Below, piece after piece: positions 30,235-41,142 of a stretch of 64,000 nt of DNA; within the stretch, counting starts at the first letter, position 1; every line of letters begins with the position of its first letter. This DNA comes from an uncultured virus (IMG/VR IMGVR_UViG_3300044640_001869). Taxonomy: Duplodnaviria; Heunggongvirae; Uroviricota; Caudoviricetes. The position numbers and the translations under genes were made by a program. The stretch covers positions 62,001 through 126,000 of the IMG/VR virus record IMGVR_UViG_3300044640_001869, one strand, 5' to 3'. Below the pieces are notes generated by a model. It was given only the letters and a program-made list of their open reading frames with translations, was not told the origin of the DNA and made no database searches.

Positions 30235-30666
30235 TTAATCCATTAATGAAGGTATTACCTCACTATCTAACCAATGTTCGAATTCATAGTAATATTTACT
30301 ACCCATCTCTTTTAATACGTCTTGTAATCTAACGTCCTCATCATTTTCTGAAATTACAGAAGGGAAATCAATGTCTACTAAATAACCTCTCTTATCGGCA
30401 ACAAACACACCAAAGAACTCATCACCATAAAATACCACCTCACAGTAATATTCAAATTCATTCTCACTAACTTGTGTGGTATGTGAGTAAGTTAGTTTTA
30501 ACGGCATTCCAGCAATTTCAGTTTTAAAAACCATACCTTCTTTATCGGCAACACCGTAATCCTCATTACCGTAACCGGCATTACTATACTCTTCATCATC
30601 ATAAACATCTTGTTCCAACAAGTGTTTAAATTTCTTATACTGACTTTCTGTTATTATTATTTTCAT
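30235..30666 (-). CDS. Acidic hypothetical protein with MKIIITESQY leader
   Basis: Start moved to 30666; TATTTAT 30672-78. Confidence 0.75.
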   Translation of the reverse strand: MKIIITESQYKKFKHLLEQDVYDDEEYSNAGYGNEDYGVADKEGMVFKTEIAGMPLKLTYSHTTQVSENEFEYYCEVVFYGDEFFGVFVADKRGYLVDIDFPSVISENDEDVRLQDVLKEMGSKYYYEFEHWLDSEVIPSLMD

Positions 30667-30694
30667 ATCTAATAAATATGTTATAATTAGGTTA

Positions 30695-31060
30695 ATGAAA
30701 GCTATAATCGCAGTAAATAACCTTGGTTTTATCGGTTTAGACGATAAATTACTATGGAAATCATCGGAAGACCTTAAACACTTCAAAAAACTTACCCTAA
30801 ATCAAATTTTATTAGTCGGTTTCAGAACTTTTAACGGACTACCACCACTCAAAGATAGAACTCTAATCGTTGATGAAAGAGAAGAGTATATAACTATTGT
30901 CGATTGGTGTATTGGGGGTAAAAAAACATATGAAAAATATTGTCACTTATTCACAGAATTACATATTAGTCATATAAACAATAATGATATCGGAAATGTT
31001 ACATTTCCTGACCTAACAAATATTAATCCAAACTGTATAATTACAAATTATTACTTCTAA
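30695..31060 (+). CDS. folA: Dihydrofolate reductase (short)
   Basis: IIAVNNLGFIG..LLW...DLKHFK.LT, VGFRTF..LPPL.DR, IGG. Confidence 0.85.
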   Translation: MKAIIAVNNLGFIGLDDKLLWKSSEDLKHFKKLTLNQILLVGFRTFNGLPPLKDRTLIVDEREEYITIVDWCIGGKKTYEKYCHLFTELHISHINNNDIGNVTFPDLTNINPNCIITNYYF

Positions 31061-31077
31061 TAGTAATATTTATTAGT

Positions 31078-31935
31078 ATGAAAAATACTTTAAACGAAGA
31101 AATATATCGAATGAAAACAATGATGGGTATTGTTACTGAAAGTAAAATGTCCTTACCAATGAAAATTAGCGGTGAATACACCGTACCTAATAGTGCACCT
31201 AACAAAGGTGACGCATTACACTCATTCAACCGTAGAATATCTGACGGATTTGGTGGTTATATGTTAACCGGTAATCCCCCATCTAAATGGAGTCCATATA
31301 TTAAGTTTAATCAAGGTAAAAGTATTAATCAAGCGTTAGAAGAACTATGGAATGAAGGTATTAATCCTGACATAACTAATTTAAAAATTCAAGTAGATTC
31401 AAAAACATATACTGTTAAATGGTCCGCAACCATTGATGAAAGTGATGACGGTAACGCATATATCGGGGTTTCAAGTGTCGGGTCTGCCGGTGGTAGTGCC
31501 GATTCAAGAGCCCAAGGTCAAATTGAAGGTATGAAAAGAAGAGTTACAGGTGGTAAAGATTTTACCCTTGTTCTTGATTTTAAAAACCCTACCGGTATCT
31601 ACATCAGACAATTCTTTTACAAATACACAAACCCTAGTAGATTCAAACCTCACGATGGGGGTCCTTTTGTTAAAAAGAAAATTAAGAAGAATAATGATGT
31701 GGTTAAAAAAGACAGTGACAATAAAATTAAATTATCTATTGATAATTTTTTTAAGAGTTGGAAACCTGGTGAATATAAATTAAAAACTGATAAAATGTGG
31801 ACTTATAGATTAACAAACGATAAAGAATGGGAGGCTAAAACATCGGGTGGTGATTTTGTTAATCTTAAATCGGTATTGTCTGATGAAAATTATAAAACCG
31901 CATTAGAAATCCTAAAAGACGCTACTAAAATTTAA
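31078..31935 (+). CDS. Hypothetical protein with LNEEIYRMKTMMG leader
   Basis: TATTTAT 31067-73; C-terminal WxY module similar to 45748 gene. Confidence 0.75.
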   Translation: MKNTLNEEIYRMKTMMGIVTESKMSLPMKISGEYTVPNSAPNKGDALHSFNRRISDGFGGYMLTGNPPSKWSPYIKFNQGKSINQALEELWNEGINPDITNLKIQVDSKTYTVKWSATIDESDDGNAYIGVSSVGSAGGSADSRAQGQIEGMKRRVTGGKDFTLVLDFKNPTGIYIRQFFYKYTNPSRFKPHDGGPFVKKKIKKNNDVVKKDSDNKIKLSIDNFFKSWKPGEYKLKTDKMWTYRLTNDKEWEAKTSGGDFVNLKSVLSDENYKTALEILKDATKI

Positions 31936-32315
31936 GCAACAGGTGTGTAACTTTCAATAATAAAACACATAGGGGGTCTTTTGTATTTACCTCTAAATTT
32001 TAATAAAACATTTGCACATTTTTCAATTTTAGTCATATAATCCCAATCAATCATTTTTGTTGTATTAACTGTTATGTTTAATCGGTTATAGTATTCATCA
32101 TATTCAACATCAATACGTAAATAGATTTTAATTGTTTTATTAATTAATAAGGTGAAGTCGTTAATGAATTCATCAGGGTTAAAATCGGATATAACTGATT
32201 GTGGGTGTATATAAACACCACCAATCTGAGTATCAATCTTCCTACCTGATTTCACTCTATATGAAATCATTGTAGAATTTAACTCAACCGGCATATTAAA
32301 CATATTACAACTCAT
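31932..32315 (-). CDS. Hypothetical protein
   Basis: 127-aa ORF; TATTTAT 32326-32. Confidence 0.6.
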   Translation of the reverse strand: MSCNMFNMPVELNSTMISYRVKSGRKIDTQIGGVYIHPQSVISDFNPDEFINDFTLLINKTIKIYLRIDVEYDEYYNRLNITVNTTKMIDWDYMTKIEKCANVLLKFRGKYKRPPMCFIIESYTPVA

Positions 32316-32342
32316 AATCTAAAATATAAATAATATTAAATT

Positions 32343-32370
32343 AAAAAACCACCTGATGAGGTGGTTTTTT
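32343..32370. terminator. Intrinsic terminator
   Basis: AAAAAACCACCT-GATG-AGGTGGTTTTTT. Confidence 0.8.
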
Positions 32371-32371
32371 G

Positions 32372-32560
32372 TTATGACATTAATTTTTTAATTGCCATCA
32401 TTATTTGAATCTGCTTATTTTCCAAAACTCGTATTCTTGTGTTTTGTTCATCATTCATTTCAAAATTCTCGGCTTTAACTTCTGATATTAAATTACCGAC
32501 TCTTGTATGTTCGTTTAATAACTCACCATACATTCTAGCTTTACTTTCGTTGTTCATCAT
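32372..32560 (-). CDS. Small coiled-coil protein
   Basis: 62-aa ORF. Confidence 0.6.
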   Translation of the reverse strand: MMNNESKARMYGELLNEHTRVGNLISEVKAENFEMNDEQNTRIRVLENKQIQIMMAIKKLMS

Positions 32561-32599
32561 ATTTTTAAATTTAAGTATTTTAATTTTATAGTCAATTAA

Positions 32600-33217
32600 T
32601 TATTCAAAGAATGAATCAACATATTCAATTTCAATATCAATGTCACCACTCATTTTATTAACATAGTTTTTCATCATATAATCATAAACAAGACCAATAG
32701 CACTTTCACGATAATCTTCAACAGTCTCATTCCATTCATCATCATCATCGTCACCAATTGCACTTAATACCTCACCAACATTCTCTTTATCAATAATTGC
32801 GTTATTAAGATTAAAATTTAAATAATAAAGTATAAGTATTTCATCATCAAGTCTTAATTCATTAATTTCAAATTCCAAATAATTGTCATTATCTTTATAT
32901 GTGAACTTAATCGGTTTTGTACTATCATAATACTCTGAATAAGTCCCTATATGATGTTTCATTCCAAATTCATCTAATATTGATAGATTTGTTATACCGT
33001 GTTTTTTATTCCAATCGGTAACCCATAATCTAACTAACTTATCCGGTGTAATATAGTAACCTGTTTTATTTAACCCAGGGTCATCATCAATATATTTTTT
33101 AACGTTAAATACTTTAGCCATTCTGAAGTCGTAACTAGCATACCCCTGTTTATCCCACTTATTATAGAAAATCTTTTTTAAATCTTCTAATTTACTTTCA
33201 CTTATTATAACTTTCAT
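32600..33217 (-). CDS. KWDK/YWDK-family protein, MKVIISE leader
   Basis: Paralog of 33220 and 34564 genes. Confidence 0.75.
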   Translation of the reverse strand: MKVIISESKLEDLKKIFYNKWDKQGYASYDFRMAKVFNVKKYIDDDPGLNKTGYYITPDKLVRLWVTDWNKKHGITNLSILDEFGMKHHIGTYSEYYDSTKPIKFTYKDNDNYLEFEINELRLDDEILILYYLNFNLNNAIIDKENVGEVLSAIGDDDDDEWNETVEDYRESAIGLVYDYMMKNYVNKMSGDIDIEIEYVDSFFE

Positions 33218-33219
33218 AA

Positions 33220-33837
33220 TTAATAATGTTCAATTTCAAGTTTAAACTCACCCATTCGGGATACATAGTTTTTCATAAAATATTTATGAAGTAACCAAGC
33301 AACTTCACCTCTATACTCATCATATATCTCCCAATATTCATCTTCATCTATATCATCACTAGCGTATTCGTCATTGTCATATCCATAAGGATATACTTCA
33401 TTAAATGTTCTACCGTTCCAACTTATATCTCTTAACTCACTAGTAATCATTTCAAACCAAACATCAAGTGTTCTATCATTTAGATTAAAATCCATACTAT
33501 GGATTCTTACTTTACAACTAATATTACCATCACTAACTTCAATATCTGTATATCCACCACGTCTATCAGGCCAAGTATATATATGTTTAGAAACTGTTGA
33601 ATTATAAAATGGTCCAAAATCTTTTTCTAATATAGATATGGGGGTAATATTATTGACTTCATTCCACTCATCAACCAACGCCTCTACTCTCATCACCATT
33701 TGACCTGGAATTTTAAATAACTGTAAAAATGATTTATCTGATGTAGCAAACCCTTTCTTATCCCAATATTTAAAACAAATCTGTTTTAATAAGTCATTAT
33801 TCCCAAATAATTGAGCTTCACTAATTAATATTTTCAT
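33220..33837 (-). CDS. YWDK-family protein, MKILISE leader
   Basis: Start moved to 33837; TATTTAT 33842-48; shares MKNYV..M with 32600. Confidence 0.75.
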   Translation of the reverse strand: MKILISEAQLFGNNDLLKQICFKYWDKKGFATSDKSFLQLFKIPGQMVMRVEALVDEWNEVNNITPISILEKDFGPFYNSTVSKHIYTWPDRRGGYTDIEVSDGNISCKVRIHSMDFNLNDRTLDVWFEMITSELRDISWNGRTFNEVYPYGYDNDEYASDDIDEDEYWEIYDEYRGEVAWLLHKYFMKNYVSRMGEFKLEIEHY

Positions 33838-33896
33838 ATTAATAAATATGTTATTGCTACAATAAACCAACCTAGTTTATCGTAGCAAATTTATGT

Positions 33897-34151
33897 TTAT
33901 CGTTTTATTTCCAAATCTTTGAATGAATCAGGGTTGATAAACTCACTATGTAAATGATTGATAACTGATTCAAATATCTCACCCTCAGTCTTATGACCTT
34001 TTTCACCGGCCATTCTTATCATCATACTTAAAGCTGCAACACTAACTGTTAACAGTTCTGAATAATTAGTCAAACCTTTATTAGATTTTAAATCCAAATA
34101 CATTCGCCCATCTTCACGAACTTCATACCCTATAATTAAACTATTTTCCAT
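33897..34151 (-). CDS. Hypothetical protein
   Basis: 84-aa ORF. Confidence 0.65.
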   Translation of the reverse strand: MENSLIIGYEVREDGRMYLDLKSNKGLTNYSELLTVSVAALSMMIRMAGEKGHKTEGEIFESVINHLHSEFINPDSFKDLEIKR

Positions 34152-34180
34152 AAGGTAAAAATAATGAAATTAAATTAAAC

Positions 34181-34567
34181 TTACCATTGGGGGTTACTAT
34201 CTTTTAACTCAATGTTATCACTAATCATAATAACCTGATTACCTGACCTTAAACCAAACATACGTTTTATTATCAAATATGTTATATGTTGTAGTATCTC
34301 ATCAATATCAAATCTTACTTTAGAATCCAAAATAGCATCAACCGAAATATAATAATTTGAACCGATATCATCCTTCCTCACTTGAAGGTGGGTTATATTG
34401 ATTTTATCAACGGCATCAACCCACTCAACAATACCCGATGACATCCAATCAGGGATTTCCTCATTTTCATACCATTTTTCAGCATACTCTTTTAAGTCTG
34501 CCAAAAATTTGTCGGTTAATTTTTGAAATCCGTTAATTAATTTTTGTTCGTCAATTACTACTTTCAT
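34181..34567 (-). CDS. Hypothetical protein, MKVVIDE leader
   Basis: Resembles N-terminal half of 43502 gene (FQK..D..L). Confidence 0.7.
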   Translation of the reverse strand: MKVVIDEQKLINGFQKLTDKFLADLKEYAEKWYENEEIPDWMSSGIVEWVDAVDKINITHLQVRKDDIGSNYYISVDAILDSKVRFDIDEILQHITYLIIKRMFGLRSGNQVIMISDNIELKDSNPQW

Positions 34568-35130
34568 CCATTATTTCTTGATTGGAATATAATATTGGGG
34601 TGACAAACCACACCAAACTTATCTTCCACGTTTATTTTAAGATAATCGGCAACACAGTCCTCAACCTCAGATTTAATTTCCCAACCGATTTCATCATCAT
34701 TAATAATATCCGCAAGTCTGTGTTCACTATTATCAACCATAATTAACTCAACAGTACCATCTTCATCATTAACCATAATAGTCAAATCACCAATCTCACC
34801 TATAAACTCAATATCAGGAACTTCAAATGTAAAATCATAACCACCACAATTAACGTGATGACCATCATTCTTCAAATACTCGTATGTTTTATTGATAGCC
34901 TCCTCAACACCAATATATTCTCTTAACCATTGATATAAAACCTTACGAAATTCAAAACGGTTAACGTATTTATTAATAGCAAGAACATTAACCATCTTGT
35001 TTGTTATACCAGGCCCAAATCTATCCCAATATTTAAAACAAACAGGTTTATATTTTTCTAACGAATCCATTGGAGATTCAACATCCTCAATCAATCTTTT
35101 ATATTGTGATTCGGTTATCTTTATTTTCAT
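34564..35130 (-). CDS. YWD-family protein, MKIKITESQY leader
   Basis: Start moved to 35130; TATTTAT 35135-41. Confidence 0.75.
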   Translation of the reverse strand: MKIKITESQYKRLIEDVESPMDSLEKYKPVCFKYWDRFGPGITNKMVNVLAINKYVNRFEFRKVLYQWLREYIGVEEAINKTYEYLKNDGHHVNCGGYDFTFEVPDIEFIGEIGDLTIMVNDEDGTVELIMVDNSEHRLADIINDDEIGWEIKSEVEDCVADYLKINVEDKFGVVCHPNIIFQSRNNG

Positions 35131-35200
35131 AATTATAAATAGTATTATATACAAAAAAACCCCTCACATATTGGAGGGGTTCACTATAATATTCTATTAA

Positions 35201-36109
35201 TTATAAGATAACATTTTTAGTGATTTTAGAACATTCACTAATTAATGCGAAAGTATCTTTATTTCTAATTGAAATATATGTTTCATAAAACAAAATTGCA
35301 TCTTCAAATAAACCTTGAGCAAATCCTTTAACCGCCCCATACGTTTGGCCAGCAACATCGGCAACTTTATTAGCAGCTTTCTTACCCAATTCCATCGCTT
35401 GACTACCAAGATTTTTAACTGCTCCCCAACCTTGTTTCGCTAAGTTCATCGCCGAATCCCAAGCCATACCAATTTGTTTTGATATTGCATCAAATTGTTG
35501 TTTACACCAATTCCAAACATCTTGACCGAATTCTTTAATTGTTGCGGCCATAACCAATATTTTACCATAAAACATTAAACCAAACTGTTTTAACGCTTTT
35601 AAACAATAAATCACAACTTTATATGAACCCTCAGCAACAGATTTAAAAAATGACCCTACAATGTCAATACCTGCTTTAATGGCAATCCCTAGTTTTTGGA
35701 ATATTTTAGTTACAATGTTAATAGTTGTTTCTGTAATCGCCTCAGTTGCTTTAATAACTGCTTTACCACACGCAGTTAAAAATTTAATCAACGCATTAAC
35801 AACTGTTTGAGTAATTTTAAAGGCTGCATAACCTATAAAACAAACGATACCTACAGGTGCAAACAGAATTGTAAGTGTTACTTTACCAATAGTTATTAAA
35901 GTTTGTTTAGCAACTTTTAAACCAGCCTTAATCATTTCTCTAGTTTTAAGTCCGGCATTTTGACCTCCTTGGATAGTTTTTTTCTCACCTTGTTGGAAAT
36001 TTCCCGACACATCTAATGGTGTTCCTTGTTCTTCAAGAATTTTTCTAACGTGCATCTCAAGTATTCTATCTTTTTCAACTTGAGGTATTGAATTAAAATT
36101 ATGTTTCAT
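35201..36109 (-). CDS. Amphipathic helical protein with EKDRILEMH leader
   Basis: 302 aa, long hydrophobic/amphipathic helices. Confidence 0.7.
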   Translation of the reverse strand: MKHNFNSIPQVEKDRILEMHVRKILEEQGTPLDVSGNFQQGEKKTIQGGQNAGLKTREMIKAGLKVAKQTLITIGKVTLTILFAPVGIVCFIGYAAFKITQTVVNALIKFLTACGKAVIKATEAITETTINIVTKIFQKLGIAIKAGIDIVGSFFKSVAEGSYKVVIYCLKALKQFGLMFYGKILVMAATIKEFGQDVWNWCKQQFDAISKQIGMAWDSAMNLAKQGWGAVKNLGSQAMELGKKAANKVADVAGQTYGAVKGFAQGLFEDAILFYETYISIRNKDTFALISECSKITKNVIL

Positions 36110-36148
36110 AGTTATATTTTATTAATAAATATCTATGATTTTAAAAAA

Positions 36149-36331
36149 TCACATAATTCTATTTACAATTCCAATTACAAACCCGATGATGAAACCACCA
36201 ACACAAATTGCTGGTATAATTGATGCCAACACAACTAAAGTCCAAAACAAAATGTTTTTTAGTCTACCTGCGTTCATAAATCTTTTTACTAAAAACGCCC
36301 CGATTCCTGTGATTAAAATAAATGCTATCAT
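36149..36331 (-). CDS. Small membrane protein
   Basis: Two TM; TATATTTG box 36359-66. Confidence 0.6.
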   Translation of the reverse strand: MIAFILITGIGAFLVKRFMNAGRLKNILFWTLVVLASIIPAICVGGFIIGFVIGIVNRIM

Positions 36332-36404
36332 TTTTTTATGTTTTAAAGTTATACAGAACAAATATACGGAACCTTTTCGAATAAAAAAATTTTAACTATG
36401 ATTT

Positions 36405-36893
36405 TTATAAAAAACTATCTAAATTATATTTCTCAATTATTTGTTTGAATATCTGTTTCCTACCTCGTTTACCAATAGTATTTCGTTTACTGATAAATGA
36501 ATAACCAAATCCTGAATCACCACAAGTACCAAGTACTCTCCTTAATTCTTGACCTTGATGACTTATAAATGGTGAGGACGCGTGGGCTGTGAACTTATAA
36601 TTCATACCACCACTAGTCCATCTAAAATCACCAAGTTTTTTTTCTTTCTTATTCCAACTATCTTCTAAATTAAGTGATTCAAGTAAATGATTGTCGATAT
36701 ACATATTCTCACCTGTCGAATCAAATTTATATGGGACAAAACCTGTTGATTTATAGAATTCTTTTAAATCGTTATTGAAAAGTTTTAAAAGATTATTAAC
36801 ACCACCTAATAATTTTATAACATCACCTGTTTTTTTGGTAGTCAATAAATCTATGATTTTTTCACGTTGTCTCTCGGTAATTTTAATGTCCAT
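36405..36893 (-). CDS. MDIKITE-family paralog A
   Basis: Tandem paralog of 36883 (GFGY...GKR...QI.KQIIEKYNLDS). Confidence 0.8.
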   Translation of the reverse strand: MDIKITERQREKIIDLLTTKKTGDVIKLLGGVNNLLKLFNNDLKEFYKSTGFVPYKFDSTGENMYIDNHLLESLNLEDSWNKKEKKLGDFRWTSGGMNYKFTAHASSPFISHQGQELRRVLGTCGDSGFGYSFISKRNTIGKRGRKQIFKQIIEKYNLDSFL

Positions 36894-37395
36894 TGTAACT
36901 ATCTAAATTATATTTCTCAATTATTTGTTTGTAAATTTGAGATTGAGCTCTTTTACCTAATTTTTCTTTTTGTTTTAGGTCACCATATCCAAATCCTAAA
37001 CCTAAATCATCACACATTCCAGCGACTTGCATAAACACTTGACCGTTAGAATCAATAGCTTTACCTGTTGCTACCGCATCAAACGTATACCTTGGACCGT
37101 TTTTTGTCCCAAAGATAAATTCACCTAATTTTTTTTGTTCATCAATCCAATGAGGTTTATCTTCTAAATTTAACCTATCAATTAATATTTTATCAATGTG
37201 CATTCTCCCACCATCAAGTTCGTCTATTGTATAAGGAATGTAACCTGTAAGTTCATAGAATTCCTTTAAGTCATTATTGACTATTTTTAAAAAATTATCA
37301 ACCCCACCCAATAATTTAAACACTTCTTGAGGGTTTCTGTTAGTCAATAATTTTAGTATTCTTTCACGTTGTTTTTCGGTGATTTTAATATCCAT
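36883..37395 (-). CDS. MDIKITE-family paralog B
   Basis: Start moved to 37395; TATTTAT 37400-06. Confidence 0.8.
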   Translation of the reverse strand: MDIKITEKQRERILKLLTNRNPQEVFKLLGGVDNFLKIVNNDLKEFYELTGYIPYTIDELDGGRMHIDKILIDRLNLEDKPHWIDEQKKLGEFIFGTKNGPRYTFDAVATGKAIDSNGQVFMQVAGMCDDLGLGFGYGDLKQKEKLGKRAQSQIYKQIIEKYNLDSYNGH

Positions 37396-37464
37396 AATCA
37401 TAAATACTTTTATAAACAAAAAACCCCACGGATGAGGTGGGGATAATATAATATTAATTAATGA

Positions 37465-38004
37465 TTACCAAGTATCTTCATCATCTTCTAAATCATCGAA
37501 TTCTGTTAAATCCAATTCTTCTTCATCATCAAATTCAGAGTCGTCACCACCAAAATCACCATCGTGTTGTGCAAATCCTAAATCTTCTTCTTCTTCATCA
37601 TCTACAAATCTAGAATCATCCGGATAAAACATATCATTATAATTTTCATGGTCTAGTTCATTATAAACAAAATCATTAAATTCTTCATCACTCATCCCAT
37701 AATCAGATGCAATATTAGGATTTGACCTAAATTTCTTTAACAAATGTTTCTGAATTATATTTAAAGGTTTTTCTTCACCTTCAAAATCTTCTTCCAATTC
37801 ATCTGACATATAATCAACACCAACCATTTCTTCTAATTCATCTTCGATTGAAGGTTCATCTTGTTCTACTAATGGTTTAACATTACCTGATTTACTCTCC
37901 AATAAAGTTCTAAATCTTGAAGTATCTAACTTCATTCCACCTTCGTGTTGTTCTCTAATTGAGTTTTTTTCTTCCTCACTCAAATTATTTAATAAATGTT
38001 TCAT
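37465..38004 (-). CDS. Highly acidic protein with LSEEEKNSIREQH leader
   Basis: D/E-rich; TATTTAT 38019-25. Confidence 0.75.
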   Translation of the reverse strand: MKHLLNNLSEEEKNSIREQHEGGMKLDTSRFRTLLESKSGNVKPLVEQDEPSIEDELEEMVGVDYMSDELEEDFEGEEKPLNIIQKHLLKKFRSNPNIASDYGMSDEEFNDFVYNELDHENYNDMFYPDDSRFVDDEEEEDLGFAQHDGDFGGDDSEFDDEEELDLTEFDDLEDDEDTW

Positions 38005-38093
38005 AATCTTTTTTATATATAAATATAGTTAATTCAAAAAAAGAAACCCAAGTATTACCTTGGGTCGGACCTAAAATACTATTTTAGGTGGGG

Positions 38094-39227
38094 TTATTTT
38101 GGATATACTAAACTTTCTTTATTAATTGTCACAACATTATTACCATCTGAAATTACATATCCGTAGTTTTCAAAAATATAAAAATCCTGTTTATTAGCAA
38201 AAATTAAATACTGTACTTTTTTACTATAATTTTTCATCTTATAAGTTGAGATGATAAATGATGATTCATCGGTTTTTATACCACTTAATGGTTTAACTTG
38301 GAATGTTGATTCAACACCATTTTTAATGGTAATAAAATCCACCCCTTGTTTTCTATCTCTACCTGTACCCGCACAAAATTGTTGAATCTTGTCAGGTGAA
38401 ACATTTAATTTATTTATTAAATGGTTTATGGCATAATTTTCGGTTTCAGTCCCTTTATTATAAGATTCAAAATTTAAATTAACCAACACCTTTAATTTAA
38501 TACCATCAAACAAATCATTTTGATTTTCAACTATCCACGATTTAAAATTATCAAGTGACACTTGTTGTGGGTCAGTATCATAATACCAATTCAATAATTG
38601 TTTAATTACTTTTGGATTGGTATCAAAGAAATTTAAAATCGACCAAACTTGACCGTTAACATTTGTATTATACAATGGGTCAATAGGGTTGTTAACATCA
38701 ACAATTAATCCGATATTACTTTCACACATTGCTGATGTAACAATATATTTATTCGATTTTTTATTCAGAATAATGTAATTATTAAGACCCAAATTATCCT
38801 TAAACTTTTCAAATAATAATTTTGTTATAAATTCAGGAAATCCTGAATTTAATTTTTTCAAATCATCAGGATATAAGTTTGTAACGACTTGTTTTTTAAT
38901 ATATTCAGGATAATCAGACTTTAAAATATATAAGTTATTATTCTTGCTAATATATAACTTATCACTTTCAATTTCTAAAGTATTTAATGGGTTGATAACC
39001 GATTTAAATGATATTTTAGTCGGAAGTTTACTCTGTTTAATGGAACTCAACATATCTTTATCAGATGTTGATACACCATTAATATAAATTGCACCTGTTG
39101 GCCATTCACCGTGCCTAATATCAGTAAACTCAGCAAATGGTTTAATTTCATCTTCAGGTTTATCATCAGATAAACTTAATTCTTGCTCTATTAAATCAAA
39201 TTGTCTTTCTGTTATAATAATTTTCAT
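38094..39227 (-). CDS. Leader-bearing protein with putative PD-(D/E)xK nuclease C-terminus
   Basis: MKIIITERQ; KGTETE...DRKQGVDF...FQVKP. Confidence 0.5.
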   Translation of the reverse strand: MKIIITERQFDLIEQELSLSDDKPEDEIKPFAEFTDIRHGEWPTGAIYINGVSTSDKDMLSSIKQSKLPTKISFKSVINPLNTLEIESDKLYISKNNNLYILKSDYPEYIKKQVVTNLYPDDLKKLNSGFPEFITKLLFEKFKDNLGLNNYIILNKKSNKYIVTSAMCESNIGLIVDVNNPIDPLYNTNVNGQVWSILNFFDTNPKVIKQLLNWYYDTDPQQVSLDNFKSWIVENQNDLFDGIKLKVLVNLNFESYNKGTETENYAINHLINKLNVSPDKIQQFCAGTGRDRKQGVDFITIKNGVESTFQVKPLSGIKTDESSFIISTYKMKNYSKKVQYLIFANKQDFYIFENYGYVISDGNNVVTINKESLVYPK

Positions 39228-39287
39228 ACCAATAAATAGTCTTTAAATCAAATAATTTATTATCTTTACATATATAAACAATGAGTT

Positions 39288-39806
39288 ATGAAAAAGTTAG
39301 TTTTAAGTTTAGTATTTGGTTTGGTAACGTTACTAAACGTGTTCTCACAAAAATCATCTGATAATGATAAAGTTTTCAATTCTTTAAAAGACAAAAGAAT
39401 TGACTCAATCATAAATTCAGTAACTCCGGTATATGGTAATCATTCTAATCTTAAAAAACAAATACTAAATGTTTTATACGATAAAAAATATGATATAATC
39501 CTTAGTGCAATCAACACTAAAGGTTTCAAAGGTTTATACTACCTTAACGAATATGATGGACAAGATTTGAAACCTAATACAACTCCTGACTCCGTATTTG
39601 TAAATACTCTTAAAAATTTCACAAACAAATTACCTAAAAATAAATCAAAAGTGATTTCTAAATTCACTAACACAAGTTTCATTAATGATAAAATGTTATT
39701 TGAAGAATACACATACGTGAATGATGATACTACTTACTTCTTACGTGTTGTTTACATCAACTCACAACTAAATGGAATGTATTTAAACATCCACAGTCAA
39801 TACTAA
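39288..39806 (+). CDS. Secreted hypothetical protein
   Basis: Signal peptide ending VFSQ. Confidence 0.7.
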   Translation: MKKLVLSLVFGLVTLLNVFSQKSSDNDKVFNSLKDKRIDSIINSVTPVYGNHSNLKKQILNVLYDKKYDIILSAINTKGFKGLYYLNEYDGQDLKPNTTPDSVFVNTLKNFTNKLPKNKSKVISKFTNTSFINDKMLFEEYTYVNDDTTYFLRVVYINSQLNGMYLNIHSQY

Positions 39807-39839
39807 TGAATAACCCCACTCAATTGGTGGGGTTTATTT

Positions 39840-40511
39840 TTATACTTTTTTAATGTTACCTGGAAAGTACTCGATTGATGCTGAATATATGGCTTTCATT
39901 TCATTACCACCAGCACCCCATTTATTAGAAACTAAATTAGTTGGGAATTTAGCATAAAAATCAGGACCTGTCATAGAACTAATAGATACGATTGTTTTAA
40001 AAATTGATTCGAAATTTGAGATTATACTTGAACCTAATATTTTTGCTTGATTTTGTTGTAGCAATCTCAAAGACTGTAATAAACTAATAACATTTTCTTT
40101 TGTAATATTACCATAAAAACCTCTACAAACTAATGATATAAAATCCATAGCACCTCTATCATCAATACCAAACATTTTAGCATCTTTCATAAAACCAATT
40201 TTATTATTTAACATACTAACAATTGCACTCTGAGCACCCGAAGTATTTAAAAAATCCAAAGTTAATGCGGCACCCGGAGCACTCGGAACTTGATTAAACA
40301 ATATAAAATTACCTTGACCTAATTCTGATGTTACACCACCCATTTCTGAACCAGCAGAAAACCCTGATTTATTATTGATTACAAATTTAATACCACCAGC
40401 TAATGGTGTTATATTTAATGCGGCATTTTCTGTTTGTGGTTTCACAGTAGTTTGTTCATACAAACTTTTAATATGTCGTTTATCATCTTCCGTAATTATA
40501 AATTTTCCCAT
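39840..40511 (-). CDS. Hypothetical protein, MGKFIITEDDK leader
   Basis: TATTTAT 40526-32. Confidence 0.75.
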   Translation of the reverse strand: MGKFIITEDDKRHIKSLYEQTTVKPQTENAALNITPLAGGIKFVINNKSGFSAGSEMGGVTSELGQGNFILFNQVPSAPGAALTLDFLNTSGAQSAIVSMLNNKIGFMKDAKMFGIDDRGAMDFISLVCRGFYGNITKENVISLLQSLRLLQQNQAKILGSSIISNFESIFKTIVSISSMTGPDFYAKFPTNLVSNKWGAGGNEMKAIYSASIEYFPGNIKKV

Positions 40512-40533
40512 AGATATTTTTTAATATAAATAC

Positions 40534-41142
40534 CTATAAATAACGAAAACTGTGAGTCGGACTGTAATTTACCCCAATAACATCCCTATAACTAATGTGC
40601 ATTGATTCCAATTTAGGGACTTTGAAATTTAAATCACAAAACTTTACAAATCTTACATTCTCACGATGTCTGGTTTTACCATATTCCTCCAACATACGAC
40701 AATAATAATTCTCAGGCATCCTAAAAGATTTCTCAAATAAATCCCTCAATGAATTATCAACCATCATTACACCGTTATCATCAATATAAAATAGGGGAAA
40801 TGTATTATAATAATACACATTAGCATCATTTGTCCGAAAATGATATGATTCAGCATCTTGTAATAAAATTCTAAATTTTTTAAACTTCCCAAATATCGTA
40901 AATATCTCGTCAGGATACGATGCAAATGTCTTATACAATACTTGACCCCCAATCAACTTAGTAAATCTATTTAAACCGAATTTTTGCATTACTTTACTAA
41001 TACTAGGTATCAAAACATCATAACGATATTTCTGACCCTCAGTTAAGAAAACATAATCATAATATGGTCTATCCCATCCTTCACGGGGATATGATAAACT
41101 TCTTACCGGTCTATCCCAATCATTCAGATTCTTCTTCATCAT
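40534..41142 (-). CDS. Hypothetical protein with GxxxxxxLIGG module
   Basis: WDRP duplicated at N-terminus; GLNRFTKLIGG. Confidence 0.65.
   Translation of the reverse strand: MMKKNLNDWDRPVRSLSYPREGWDRPYYDYVFLTEGQKYRYDVLIPSISKVMQKFGLNRFTKLIGGQVLYKTFASYPDEIFTIFGKFKKFRILLQDAESYHFRTNDANVYYYNTFPLFYIDDNGVMMVDNSLRDLFEKSFRMPENYYCRMLEEYGKTRHRENVRFVKFCDLNFKVPKLESMHISYRDVIGVNYSPTHSFRYL

Noticed and set aside
35201..36109. Tape measure protein
   Set aside because: Only 302 aa with no tail gene context.
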